A stretch of DNA of 64,000 nucleotides, taken from an uncultured Actinomycetes bacterium. Its GTDB lineage: Bacteria > Actinomycetota > UBA4738 > HRBIN12. The stretch covers positions 96,001 through 160,000 of the forward strand of contig CAVPIB010000007.1 of the NCBI GenBank assembly GCA_963704885.1, written 5' to 3'. Positions 9,759-19,236 of this stretch are shown here, piece after piece (position 1 is the stretch's first letter; each line of letters begins with the position of its first letter). The notes below the pieces were generated by a model. That model was not told the DNA's origin. It searched no databases and saw nothing but the letters and a program-made list of their open reading frames with translations. The position numbers were made by a program, and so were the translations under genes.

Positions 9759-10738
9759 TCCTCCCGGACGGTCGCCGCGCCCACGCAGCGATCTCCCGCT
9801 CCATAGGTCATGTAGATCGTGCCGTCCTCGCGTCGGTGCGCGCCCTGCACGTAGACGACGTTGTCGGCATCACCCGCGCGTTCCCAGGCGAGCTCCGCCT
9901 CCAGCAGCGGATCGGGGAGCCGGGCGATCACCTGACCGGAGCCGGCGTCGAGGAGCGCCACGTTAAGCGTGTACGAGCCGTCGCCTCGCCGCTCGTGGAA
10001 GAACAGGACCAGGCCGTCGGTCGTAGGGATGGGTGGCGCCCCCGCGCCGACGTTGATGGCACCGGGCGATGGACGGATGATCGTGTGCCGGTCCAGGTTC
10101 GCCACGTGATCGTCCCAGTACGCGGCGTCCGCGTGCCACATAGCGTCGAGCGAATCGAAGACGGCCACCTGCACGCTCGGGTGGATCCGATGAAGGAGCG
10201 CCACGCGGTCGTCGGCCAGGTTGAACACCACCGCGTCCTTGTTGGCGATGCCGGCCGGGCCGATCAGGCGACCGCTGGCCTCGTTGACGTGGAATCGACC
10301 ATCCGTGAACGTCAGGCGCTGCACGCCGATGCGCCAGGGGTCCCCGTCGGGGATCGGGGGCAGATCCGTGTAGGTCATCACCACCTGCTTCTCGCCGCTG
10401 CTTCGCACGCGCTGGACGCGCGGATCTTCGAACGCGTGTGAGCCGTGCTCTCCGGGCGTGGCCAAGACGTAGCGGAACGTGTAGTCGATACCGTCAGCGG
10501 ACTCGAAGACCAGGATGTCGGATACGTAGTCCAGGAACCGGGGGCCTTCGCCCGTGTTCCGCCGGTACCCTGAGCGGACCCCTCGGGCGAACAGGTGATA
10601 GGTACCCTCGTGGTAAAGCAATCCGGCGTTGAAGATGGGCTCGTAGCCCGGCACCACCCCGGCTTGGACGATCGGGAGGTCCCGCACCCGTTGGGCGCGA
10701 AGGGCTCCTTCAGAGGCGTTTCCGGAGAGTCGTTCCAT
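9725..10738 (-). CDS. GH130-like five-bladed propeller glycosidase/phosphorylase
   Basis: IFNAG, FEDPRV, NKDAVVF, LLHRI, VGAGAPPI, NVVY, YGAGD. Confidence 0.75.
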   Translation of the reverse strand: MERLSGNASEGALRAQRVRDLPIVQAGVVPGYEPIFNAGLLYHEGTYHLFARGVRSGYRRNTGEGPRFLDYVSDILVFESADGIDYTFRYVLATPGEHGSHAFEDPRVQRVRSSGEKQVVMTYTDLPPIPDGDPWRIGVQRLTFTDGRFHVNEASGRLIGPAGIANKDAVVFNLADDRVALLHRIHPSVQVAVFDSLDAMWHADAAYWDDHVANLDRHTIIRPSPGAINVGAGAPPIPTTDGLVLFFHERRGDGSYTLNVALLDAGSGQVIARLPDPLLEAELAWERAGDADNVVYVQGAHRREDGTIYMTYGAGDRCVGAATVREDQLLDALAESG

Positions 10739-10848
10739 GGTCAGCGCGTGAGGATAGTGGACGGGAGCACCATATGGTGTATCTCAAGCATCGGAACGAG
10801 CCTCCCTCTACCTGAGGGGTGGCCGAAAGCCCCGCCGGAAGGATCAAC

Positions 10849-11808
10849 ATGAGTCACCAGCCCGACCCTCGGGAGTTGTTCACCAGATACGAAGCCAACC
10901 CCGTGATCACGGCGGCGCGCTTCCCGAGCATGGTGAATGCAGCCTTCAACGCGGGGGCCACCACGTTCGATGGCGAAACTCTGCTGCTCGTGCGCGTGGA
11001 GGATCGGACGGGTCGGTCGCGGCTGGTGGTGGCTCGTAGTCCCGACGGGCTCTCCGACTGGTCGATCGACCTTGACCGCGGCATGACTCCCGACCACAGC
11101 TCCTTCGAGGAGCGGTGGGGGATCGAGGATCCCCGGATCACGCCGACCGACGAGGGCTACCTCATCGCGTATACCGGGTACTCGCGAGGGGGTCCGCTGG
11201 TGTGCCTGGCCGTGACCCACGACTTCGTCACCTTCGAGCGTCGCGGCGTGATCCAGCCCCCCGACGACAAGGACGCGGCCCTGTTCCCAGTGATGTTCGA
11301 TGGACGATGGGCGTTGATCCATCGTCCGGCGCCGGCCACATCGGGGCTGGGCGCCCATATGTGGATCTCGTGGAGCCCCGACCTGCGTCACTGGGGTGAC
11401 TCGCGGATCCTGCTGTCGGCACGCGAGGGCGGGTGGTGGGACGCCAACAAGATCGGTCTGGGCCCACCGCCGTTGCTCACCGACCGCGGCTGGTTGCTCT
11501 GCTACCACGGCGTTCGTCAGACGGTATCCGGATCGATCTACCGATTGGGTCTGGCGCTCCTGGATCGCGACGATCCGTCCAGGGTGATCGCCCGCGGAAG
11601 GGAATGGGTGTTCGGACCGCAGACCATCTACGAGCGATCGGGAGACGTGCCCGACGTCGTCTTCCCGTGCGGTTGGGTCCTGGGGGATGATGGAGAAGAG
11701 GTCCGCCTGTACTACGGGGCGGCCGACAGCGTCGTGTGTGTCGCGACCGCCAGCTTGCGGGAGCTGCTCGACCACCTCACACGACACGAAGGAGAGGACG
11801 AGGTCTGA
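10849..11808 (+). CDS. GH130 beta-mannoside phosphorylase/glycosidase
   Basis: AAFNAGA, LLVRVED, WGIEDPRIT, DDKDAALFP, LIHRP, KIGLGPPP, GDVPDVVFPCG, YYGAAD. Confidence 0.88.
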   Translation: MSHQPDPRELFTRYEANPVITAARFPSMVNAAFNAGATTFDGETLLLVRVEDRTGRSRLVVARSPDGLSDWSIDLDRGMTPDHSSFEERWGIEDPRITPTDEGYLIAYTGYSRGGPLVCLAVTHDFVTFERRGVIQPPDDKDAALFPVMFDGRWALIHRPAPATSGLGAHMWISWSPDLRHWGDSRILLSAREGGWWDANKIGLGPPPLLTDRGWLLCYHGVRQTVSGSIYRLGLALLDRDDPSRVIARGREWVFGPQTIYERSGDVPDVVFPCGWVLGDDGEEVRLYYGAADSVVCVATASLRELLDHLTRHEGEDEV

Positions 11809-12263
11809 TGGAGCGCAACGAGGAGCTCTTGGCGAGCGAAGAGGCAGCATGGCGTCGCCTGTCCGAGCAGGTCGATCGCGTGGCTGAACCCGATCGGAAG
11901 CGCCCGGGGGTCGTGGGTGACTGGTCGGTGCAGGACCTGGTGTGGCATTGCGCCCACTGGGCAGACTTCTGCGGCGCGCACCTGGAGCGCGCACAGGAGG
12001 GTCCGGTCGGTGATCCGTTCGCCGGTGGGTCCGACGAACAGTTCGATCGCGAGAACGACGAGATAGCGGAGCGCTCCAAGGCGATGTCGTGGGAGGACGT
12101 GGTGACCGGGACCGACGCGGCGCGTGCCCGGGTCCGAACCGCCCTCTCCGCGCTCCCCCAAGTCGCCGACGACGCGGCCGGCTGGTTCGCCGACGAGACC
12201 TTCACCCACTACGACGAGCACGCGGAGCAGATCGCCGCGTTCGTGGATCAGACGAGGAGCTGA
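11808..12263 (+). CDS. DinB/maleylpyruvate-isomerase N-terminal-like helical protein
   Basis: GDWSVQDLVWHCAHW and HYDEHAEQI His motifs; start overlaps the upstream stop. Confidence 0.7.
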   Translation: MERNEELLASEEAAWRRLSEQVDRVAEPDRKRPGVVGDWSVQDLVWHCAHWADFCGAHLERAQEGPVGDPFAGGSDEQFDRENDEIAERSKAMSWEDVVTGTDAARARVRTALSALPQVADDAAGWFADETFTHYDEHAEQIAAFVDQTRS

Positions 12264-12268
12264 ACGAC

Positions 12269-13759
12269 ATGGAACCCATCAACCACTGGATCGGCGGGAA
12301 GACCGTAGCGGGCGAGTCCGGCCGGACGGGTCCGGTCTTCAACCCTGCGACGGGCGAGCAGACCCACCAGGTGGATCTGGCGGACGCGGAGGAGGTCGAC
12401 CTGGCGGTACAGGCTGCGGTAGATGCGTTCCCGGCGTGGCGCGCGACGTCGCTCGCGCGCCGGTCCGAGATCCTGTTCCGCCTCCGTGAGCTGGTGGATC
12501 AACATCGGATCGAGCTGGCCAGGATCCTAACGTCGCAGCATGGGAAGGTGCTGTCCGATGCGACCGGGGAGGTCTCTCGCGGGCTGGAGAACATCGAGTA
12601 CGCGTGTGGGATCCCCAACCTGCTCAAGGGCGGCTTCTCCGAGCAGGTGTCGACTGGCATCGACGTCTACTCGATCCGTCAGCCGCTGGGCGTAGTGGCA
12701 GGCATCACGCCGTTCAACTTCCCCGCCATGGTTCCCATGTGGATGTTCGCGAACGCGATCGCGTGCGGGAACACGTTCGTGCTGAAGCCTTCCGAGAAAG
12801 ACCCGAGCGCCTCGATGTTCGTGGCCGAGCTGCTGCGTGAGGCAGGCCTTCCCGACGGGGTCTTCAACGTCGTGCACGGTGACAAGGTCGCGGTGGATGC
12901 CATCTTGGAGCACGCGCGGATCGCGGCCGTGAGCTTCGTGGGTTCGACACCGATCGCCCGGTACATCTACGAGACCGGGACAAGGAACGGCAAGCGCGTG
13001 CAGGCGCTCGGCGGCGCCAAGAACCACATGGTGGTCCTGCCCGACGCCGACCTCGACATGGCGGCAGACGCGGCCGTCTCGGCGGGCTACGGGAGCGCCG
13101 GCGAGCGGTGCATGGCGATCTCAATGGTGGTGGCGGTTGGGGCCATCGGCGATGAGCTCGTCGGCAAGATCGCCGAGCGCCTGCCGAAGGTGAAGGTCGG
13201 CGACGGAGCCGATCCCGGATCGGAGATGGGCCCGCTCGTCACCCGCGAACACCGAGACAAGGTCGCGTCGTACCTGGACTCCGGGGTCGCCCAGGGCGCC
13301 ACGCTCGTTCGGGACGGAAGGCTGGATCCGGTGGCCGAGGGCCAGGGCTTCTTCCTCGGGGTCTCCTTGATCGACCACGTCACGACCCAGATGGACTGCT
13401 ACCGCGATGAGATCTTCGGTCCGGTGCTCGGCGTGACTCGTGTCGGAACCTACGATGATGCCCTTCGGATGGTGAACGACAACCCGTATGGGAACGGGGT
13501 CGCGATCTTCACCCGTGACGGCGGGGCCGCACGTCAGTTCCAGTTCGACGTGAACGTTGGGATGGTGGGTGTGAACGTTCCGATCCCCGTGCCGGTCGCT
13601 TACTACTCGTTCGGAGGCTGGAAGGCGTCCCTGTTCGGCGACAACCACATGTACGGGCCTGAAGGAGTGCAGTTCTACACGAAGGGCAAGGTCGTCACGG
13701 CTCGCTGGCCCGACCCCGCGACGTCTTCCGTGGATCTGGGATTCCCCAGGAACAGATAG
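12269..13759 (+). CDS. mmsA: CoA-acylating (methyl)malonate-semialdehyde dehydrogenase
   Basis: ITPFNFPAMVP, KPSEKDP, FVGSTPIA, GGAKNH, AGERCMA, EIFGPVL, GMVGVNVPIPVP. Confidence 0.92.
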   Translation: MEPINHWIGGKTVAGESGRTGPVFNPATGEQTHQVDLADAEEVDLAVQAAVDAFPAWRATSLARRSEILFRLRELVDQHRIELARILTSQHGKVLSDATGEVSRGLENIEYACGIPNLLKGGFSEQVSTGIDVYSIRQPLGVVAGITPFNFPAMVPMWMFANAIACGNTFVLKPSEKDPSASMFVAELLREAGLPDGVFNVVHGDKVAVDAILEHARIAAVSFVGSTPIARYIYETGTRNGKRVQALGGAKNHMVVLPDADLDMAADAAVSAGYGSAGERCMAISMVVAVGAIGDELVGKIAERLPKVKVGDGADPGSEMGPLVTREHRDKVASYLDSGVAQGATLVRDGRLDPVAEGQGFFLGVSLIDHVTTQMDCYRDEIFGPVLGVTRVGTYDDALRMVNDNPYGNGVAIFTRDGGAARQFQFDVNVGMVGVNVPIPVPVAYYSFGGWKASLFGDNHMYGPEGVQFYTKGKVVTARWPDPATSSVDLGFPRNR

Positions 13760-13780
13760 CGCGCCCGGTCGCGCCTTGCC

Positions 13781-14368
13781 TCATGGGTCCAGGCGCATGA
13801 ACCAGATGTGAGGGCCCCCCATCGGGGAGGCTCCTTCCTCGACCACTCGGAAGCCGAAGCGCTCGTAGTAGGCGACGTTGGCCGCCACCCCGGTCTCCAG
13901 GAAGGCCGGCGTCCGGTCCCGACGTGCGTGCTCCAGTCCGATCTCCATCAACGCCCGTCCGATCCCCTCGCCCCGTCGATCGGGGTCGACGCCGATCTGA
14001 TCCAGGAACCAGACAGGTTCGGCCGGGATCCACGACTCGACCCAGTTCCACATCGCATCGTGGCGCGCACCGCCGTCGGGCGAGAGCGTATGGAATCGGT
14101 CGCGCAACGCTTCATCCAGGTCGGCGAGTCCGCCCATCTGCTCGGGCGGGACCCAGGCCGCAGCGCCCGCCGCGTCTTCGGCCTCCCACAGGACCCCCAG
14201 GTCGGCCCACGCCTCATCCATCAGGGTGAAGTAGCTGGGCATCAGGTCGGCGGCTTCCTGGGGCGAGAACGTAACCAGGACCATCGGATCGTCCGCGAAG
14301 GCTCGTGCGAGCATCGCCGCGATCGCGGGAACGCGTTCGCGGGTAGCCCGTCGGATCTCGATCGTCAC
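13781..14368 (-). CDS. GNAT N-acetyltransferase
   Basis: AFADDP, WFLDQIGVDPDRRGEGIGRALM, AFLET..NVAYYERFGF. Confidence 0.88.
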   Translation of the reverse strand: MTIEIRRATRERVPAIAAMLARAFADDPMVLVTFSPQEAADLMPSYFTLMDEAWADLGVLWEAEDAAGAAAWVPPEQMGGLADLDEALRDRFHTLSPDGGARHDAMWNWVESWIPAEPVWFLDQIGVDPDRRGEGIGRALMEIGLEHARRDRTPAFLETGVAANVAYYERFGFRVVEEGASPMGGPHIWFMRLDP

Positions 14369-14448
14369 GGGCGGAAGCCTAAGTCGCAGCTACCGCCCGC
14401 GCACCCCTCGGCCGTATCCTGGGTCAACACACACGAGGAGACTTGGAT

Positions 14449-15612
14449 ATGCAGACCGACCGAAGCCCGCTGGATCACCTCCGCGAGGACCGCGGCCCAT
14501 GGCGTCCGCGCCCTACGCTCGAGGGCGCCGACTACACGAGTTGGGAGGTGTACGAGCAGGAGCGTGAGCGGATCTGGTGGGGCGATTGGATCTGCGCCGG
14601 CCGTACCGAGGAGATCCCGAACCCCGGTGACTACATCGTGCGCGATATCACCGGCGAGTCGATCTTCGTAGTGCGGACCGAGACCGGGGAGCTACGTGGC
14701 TTCTACAACGTCTGCAGCCACCGAGGAACCAAGTTCGTAGACGACATCGAGGGGACCGGTCACACCCGCAAGGCGTTCGTCTGCCCCTACCACGCCTGGA
14801 CGTACGACCTGAACGGTCAGCTGATCGGCTCGCCGAACGTCAAGGAGGACGAGCTCTTCGACCGGTCGGCCTACCCGCTCCACGGGGTCACGGTCGACAG
14901 CTACGCCGGCTTCCTGTTCGTGAACCTCTCCGGCGAGCCTCGGCCCCTGATGGAGGCCTTGACGGACGGCGCCGAATCCATCACGGCGTTCGAGCGATTC
15001 AAGATGGACGAACTCCGGATCGGGGTTCGTCTCGTGTACGAGGTCGAGGCGAACTGGAAGATCGTCGTGGAGAACTACAACGAGTGCCTGCACTGTCCGC
15101 AGGTCCATCCCGAGCTGGTGCAGGTCGTCCCGCTGTTCCGCTTCGGCGAGGTCTGGGACGAAGAGCTCCGCGACGACGGCAACCGGATGGTCGAGGGCGC
15201 GACGAGCTTCACGATGACCGGCTCGGTCGGAGCTGCCGAAGCTCCCCGGGTCTTGCTCCCGAGGACCACGACATGTACTACGGGACCTACGAGTTCCCGA
15301 ACCTGATGCTGAACCTGCACCCCGACTGCGCGATGTACTACATCGGCTACCCGAAGGGATCCGAACCACACGACGATCGTCTCCGAGTACCTGTTCCGCC
15401 CCGAGACGATCGCCGGACCGAACTTCAAGCCGGAGCCGGTCGTGGAGCTCTGGGACCTGATCTCCAAGCAGGACTGGGAGGTCTGCGTTCGGGCGCAGAC
15501 GGGGGTTGGTTCGCGGGCGTTCAAGACGGGCGTTTACCCGCGTCAGGATCGCTTCCTCTACTGGTTCAACGAGGAGTACCGCCTGGCCATGGGCCGCGAA
15601 GCTCAGGGCTGA
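14449..15612 (+). CDS. Rieske non-heme iron oxygenase alpha subunit (GbcA/Stc2-like N-demethylase group); frameshifted near 15225-15250 and 15360
   Basis: CSHRG..CPYHAWTY Rieske site; NWKIVVENYNECLHCPQVHPEL iron site; C-terminal half FPNLMLNLHPD..QDWEVCVRAQTG continues in other frames to TGA 15612. Confidence 0.85.
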
Positions 15613-15613
15613 C

Positions 15614-16495
15614 GTGGAGGACGGCTTCACGTTCATCGGCGTGCCGATCGACTCCGTCGGCCGGTCGGGGGGAACCGAGTTGGGGCCCGCCAAGCTCAGG
15701 GCTCTTGGTCTGGCCGAGCTGTGCGAAGGAGACGCGGGCGACCTGGACGTGCGGATCCGCGGCGAGGAGCGGGACACGGTTACGGGGATCATCGCGAGCG
15801 CCGACGTGTTGACCACGACGGCCGTGATCCGCGAGGCCGTGACGGCAGCGCTGTCCGCCGGCGAGCGCCCGTTCCTGGTCGGGGGCTGCTGCACGCTGCT
15901 GCCCGGAGCGCTGGCAGCGGCGCGCGACGTCCTGGGTCGCACCGGGGTGGCATACCTCGACGGACACCTCGACCTTTCCGACGGCGCCACCTCGCCGACG
16001 GGCGAGGCGGCGGACATGCCCCTGTCCGTGGTGCTGGGACGAGGGCCCGCGGCGTGGGTCGACGCGTGCGGCGGCGCGTCCGCGCGGATCGAGGACGTGG
16101 TGCCGATCGGCTACCGCGACCCCGACGAGGTGCCCACGTTCGATCAGATCGCCCCCGAGCTCGGTCCGGCGTTCCGCCCCGTTTCCAAGGACGACGTGAT
16201 GTCGGAGGGACCAGGCGAGATCGGACGGCGTGTCGCCTCGGAACTGGCCGGATCGGCGGGCCGGTTCTGGATGCACCTCGACGTGGACATCCTGGGCGAA
16301 GACGTGTTCCCGGCGACTGACTACCTGATGCCGGACGGCCTGGACATGGACGAGCTCGTCGACCTGATGCGACCTTTCGCCGCGTCGCCTGCGCTCATCG
16401 GACTCTCGATCGGCTGCTACAACCCCGAGAAGGACCCGCGAGACGTGTGCGGCGGCGCCCTGGTCGAGGCGTTCGCCTCCGTCCTGGCGGGCTAG
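15614..16495 (+). CDS. Arginase/ureohydrolase family protein
   Basis: YLDGHLD, SPTGEAADM, HLDVDIL, YNPEKD; GGCCT replaces the canonical GGDHS. Confidence 0.82.
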   Translation: MEDGFTFIGVPIDSVGRSGGTELGPAKLRALGLAELCEGDAGDLDVRIRGEERDTVTGIIASADVLTTTAVIREAVTAALSAGERPFLVGGCCTLLPGALAAARDVLGRTGVAYLDGHLDLSDGATSPTGEAADMPLSVVLGRGPAAWVDACGGASARIEDVVPIGYRDPDEVPTFDQIAPELGPAFRPVSKDDVMSEGPGEIGRRVASELAGSAGRFWMHLDVDILGEDVFPATDYLMPDGLDMDELVDLMRPFAASPALIGLSIGCYNPEKDPRDVCGGALVEAFASVLAG

Positions 16496-17397
16496 CCGGG
16501 GAGCCGGGCGAGAGCCTCTTCGATCGCATCCGCATCGGGCATGCCTTCTCGAGCCCCCGATACGGTGACGGATATCGAGGCCGCTGCCACCGCGGCGCGA
16601 ACGGCATCCTGCAGATCGCGTCCCAGAGCTAATGCGGAGGCCAATACCCCGTTGAAGCAGTCCCCGGCGCCCGTCGTATCGATGACGTCGACCCGTGGTG
16701 CGGCGACGCGCTCCCGCGCGTCGCCCCTATGCAGTAACGCGCCTTCGGCCCCTCGAGTCTCGATCACCACCACCTCGCCGGGGGTCGCGCCCAGGGCCTC
16801 GAGTTCGCGCTCGTTGGGAGTGACGTAGGTGGCCAGGGCGGCGAGCGCCCTTGCCCATGGCTGCGAGGGCGCGGGGTTCAGAACGGTGGGCACGTTCTGT
16901 TCGCGGCACCACTCGAGGGCGGCGGTGGCCACCACCTGCGGCACCTCCAGGCTGGCGAGCAACAGGCTGGGTTCGATCATCTCCAAGGCACCCACGACGG
17001 CGTTTGGCTCCAACCGGCCGTTCGCGCCGGCCGCCACCGAGATCTGGTTCTCGCCTCCTGCGTCCACGGCTATCAGAGCCACGCCGGTGCGAGCCTGCTG
17101 CGTGACCAGCACGTGCTCGACGTGAACGCCATCCGAACGCAGAGCCTCGATCGAACGGTGTCCGAACACGTCGTCACCGACCGCGCCCAGCATCCACACG
17201 TCTAGGTCCCGCGTCGTCGGTACGCCCGAGGACGAAGCCCGAGCGGCGGCTACGGCCTGATTGCCCCCTTTCCCGCCATGGTGCTCCGAGTACGTTCCCC
17301 CGGTGACGGTCTCGCCCGGTCTGGGCAGCGGCGCACCGGATACGACCAGGTCGACGTTGATCGCGCCGAGGACCGCGAGGACCGGCTCGCCGGTCAC
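16492..17397 (-). CDS. rbsK: Ribokinase (PfkB family)
   Basis: GAINVDLV, GGKGGNQAVAA, GENQISV..GAN, NPAP, DTTGAGDCF; GTG 17397 overlaps the hydrolase stop. Confidence 0.85.
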   Translation of the reverse strand: MTGEPVLAVLGAINVDLVVSGAPLPRPGETVTGGTYSEHHGGKGGNQAVAAARASSSGVPTTRDLDVWMLGAVGDDVFGHRSIEALRSDGVHVEHVLVTQQARTGVALIAVDAGGENQISVAAGANGRLEPNAVVGALEMIEPSLLLASLEVPQVVATAALEWCREQNVPTVLNPAPSQPWARALAALATYVTPNERELEALGATPGEVVVIETRGAEGALLHRGDARERVAAPRVDVIDTTGAGDCFNGVLASALALGRDLQDAVRAAVAAASISVTVSGAREGMPDADAIEEALARLPG

Positions 17398-18395
17398 CTC
17401 GCCGAAGCCTCGACCAGCGAGCGGAGCCGACCGATGAAACGGGTCATGAACGCGGGCGAATCGACGTCCAGCGCCACGCGAGCGTTGTCCTCTGGCATCC
17501 AGCCGGTCGGCCACGGGCTGCGGCGGATCCCTCGCAGGTCCGTCACGGTCGCGCCACGGGTCCACGTGCCATCGGTCTCCACCTCGACACGGGTCGTCTG
17601 CAGTGTGGCGAGCGAAGGGTCGATCGCGATCGCGAGCGCCAGCGGGTCGTGCATCGCCGCGCCCTCGTCCGAGCCGAACCGTTCGTAGAACTCGATGTAG
17701 AACGGCACCATGTCCTGCAGGAACCGGGCGATCGCCGAACCCCGCGCCGGTTCGCACATCTCAGCGAGCCCAACTCTGTCCAGCCTTACTCGCTCCGTGA
17801 CGTCTAGCCCCACCCCGATCGGCAGCCGCTCTTCCGACGCTCCCGCGAACCCGCGGAACACGATCTGCGCTGCATCGGGGTCCCACCAGATGTTCGCCTC
17901 GGCGGCGGGCGTGATGTTGCCCTGATGATCGAACGCGCCACCCATGATCACGACTCCGCGCAGCAGCGATGGAAGCTCCGGCTCCATCGTCAATGCGATC
18001 GCGACGTTCGTTAGCGGGCCGGTCGCCACCAGCATCATTTCGCCGGGGCGTTCGCGCGCGCACTCGACGATCAGCGTCGCGGCGTCGCGATCCGATGGTG
18101 CGCTCGACGCGGGCGGCAATTCCGCCCGTCCCAATCCACGCTCGCCGTGGACGACCGGGAAGGGCAGGTAGTCGCGCCGGAGCGGACGATCGGCGCCGCG
18201 GGCCACCTCTACCTCGCCGTATCCGCATAGCTCCAGGACGGCGAGCGTGTTCTCGGTCGTGTGCTCGATACCGACATTGCCCATCACCGTCGTGGCGGCA
18301 ACCAAGTTGACCTCGGGCGAGGCGAGCGCCAGGAGGATCGCCAGGGCGTCGTCGACCCCCGTGTCGACGTCCAGGATCAGGGGAACGGGTTCCAC
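17394..18395 (-). CDS. Nucleoside hydrolase (IUNH family)
   Basis: LDVDTGVDDA, GNV, VHGERGLG, TGPLTNVA, AEANIWWDP, MHDP. Confidence 0.92.
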   Translation of the reverse strand: MEPVPLILDVDTGVDDALAILLALASPEVNLVAATTVMGNVGIEHTTENTLAVLELCGYGEVEVARGADRPLRRDYLPFPVVHGERGLGRAELPPASSAPSDRDAATLIVECARERPGEMMLVATGPLTNVAIALTMEPELPSLLRGVVIMGGAFDHQGNITPAAEANIWWDPDAAQIVFRGFAGASEERLPIGVGLDVTERVRLDRVGLAEMCEPARGSAIARFLQDMVPFYIEFYERFGSDEGAAMHDPLALAIAIDPSLATLQTTRVEVETDGTWTRGATVTDLRGIRRSPWPTGWMPEDNARVALDVDSPAFMTRFIGRLRSLVEASAR

Positions 18396-18396
18396 G

Positions 18397-19029
18397 TCAC
18401 GCCGTGGCTGGTTCCAGCGCGAAGCCGATCAACTTCGCGCCCACGTCCATGCACATGCGCTTCATCGCCTCCGGCGTCACCTGGGGAGCGTTCATCAGGA
18501 CCTGGACCGCCATCCCGTCGATCAGGGCGCCGAGCTGCAGGCCCAGGTCCTCCGGATCGCCACCGTCGGGGAACTCCCCGGTCTCCCGGCCGCTGCGGAT
18601 GATGTCGGCGATCGACTGACGCCACCGCCGGTCCAAGACCTCCGCCTCCTTCGCCAGCGCCGGATCGCGCAGCGCCCTGACCCAGATCTCGATCCAAAGA
18701 GCCCATTCCTCCAGACGCTCGAATTCGGCCAGCAACCCCGGGACGGACAGATCGACCAGCCGTTCGAACCGTTCGCGCGCCGTAGACAAACGGCGCAGGT
18801 CGCGTGCCTGCGCCAGGTAGTACTTGTCGTTCGCGTAGGTGAGCGCCTCTACCAGCAGGCGATCCTTGGACTCGAAGTAGTACAGGATCAGCCCGGGGGA
18901 TACCCCGCACTGTTCGGCGATGTCTGAGATCCGGGTCTCGCCCAAGCCTCGGTCCGTGATCACGCGAGCGGCGGCCTCCAGGATCTCCTGGTGCCGGTCC
19001 TTCGACTGCTTCTGACGGGTTCTGCTCAT
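18397..19029 (-). CDS. TetR-family regulator, BetI-like
   Basis: ILEAAARVITDRG..ISDIAEQCGVSPGLILYYFESKDRL HTH; C-terminal W..LW..ALRDP and ALIDG. Confidence 0.9.
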   Translation of the reverse strand: MSRTRQKQSKDRHQEILEAAARVITDRGLGETRISDIAEQCGVSPGLILYYFESKDRLLVEALTYANDKYYLAQARDLRRLSTARERFERLVDLSVPGLLAEFERLEEWALWIEIWVRALRDPALAKEAEVLDRRWRQSIADIIRSGRETGEFPDGGDPEDLGLQLGALIDGMAVQVLMNAPQVTPEAMKRMCMDVGAKLIGFALEPATA

Positions 19030-19151
19030 CGAGGTCTCCTGTTGAACGCCGCACAGGTTGGAGGGTTACGGCCTCGCTCGACTGGCTGACGGTTCAGGGC
19101 ACTCTACCCCTCTGAACTGCGATGTCAAAGCCGCAGGTCCGGGGTGCGGAG

Positions 19152-19181
19152 TTGACTCATGATTCAAACTCAGGGCATAAT
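19152..19181 (+). promoter_or_regulatory. Promoter for the oxidoreductase operon overlapped by a palindromic operator
   Basis: TTGACT-N18-CATAAT; TTGACTCATGATTCAA (19152-19167) is a palindrome with one mismatched pair. Confidence 0.6.
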
Positions 19182-19236
19182 CCATCGGTTCGCGGTCGGG
19201 CCGGCCGGGCGCGACGGATGGAGGGAACGAGACGGC

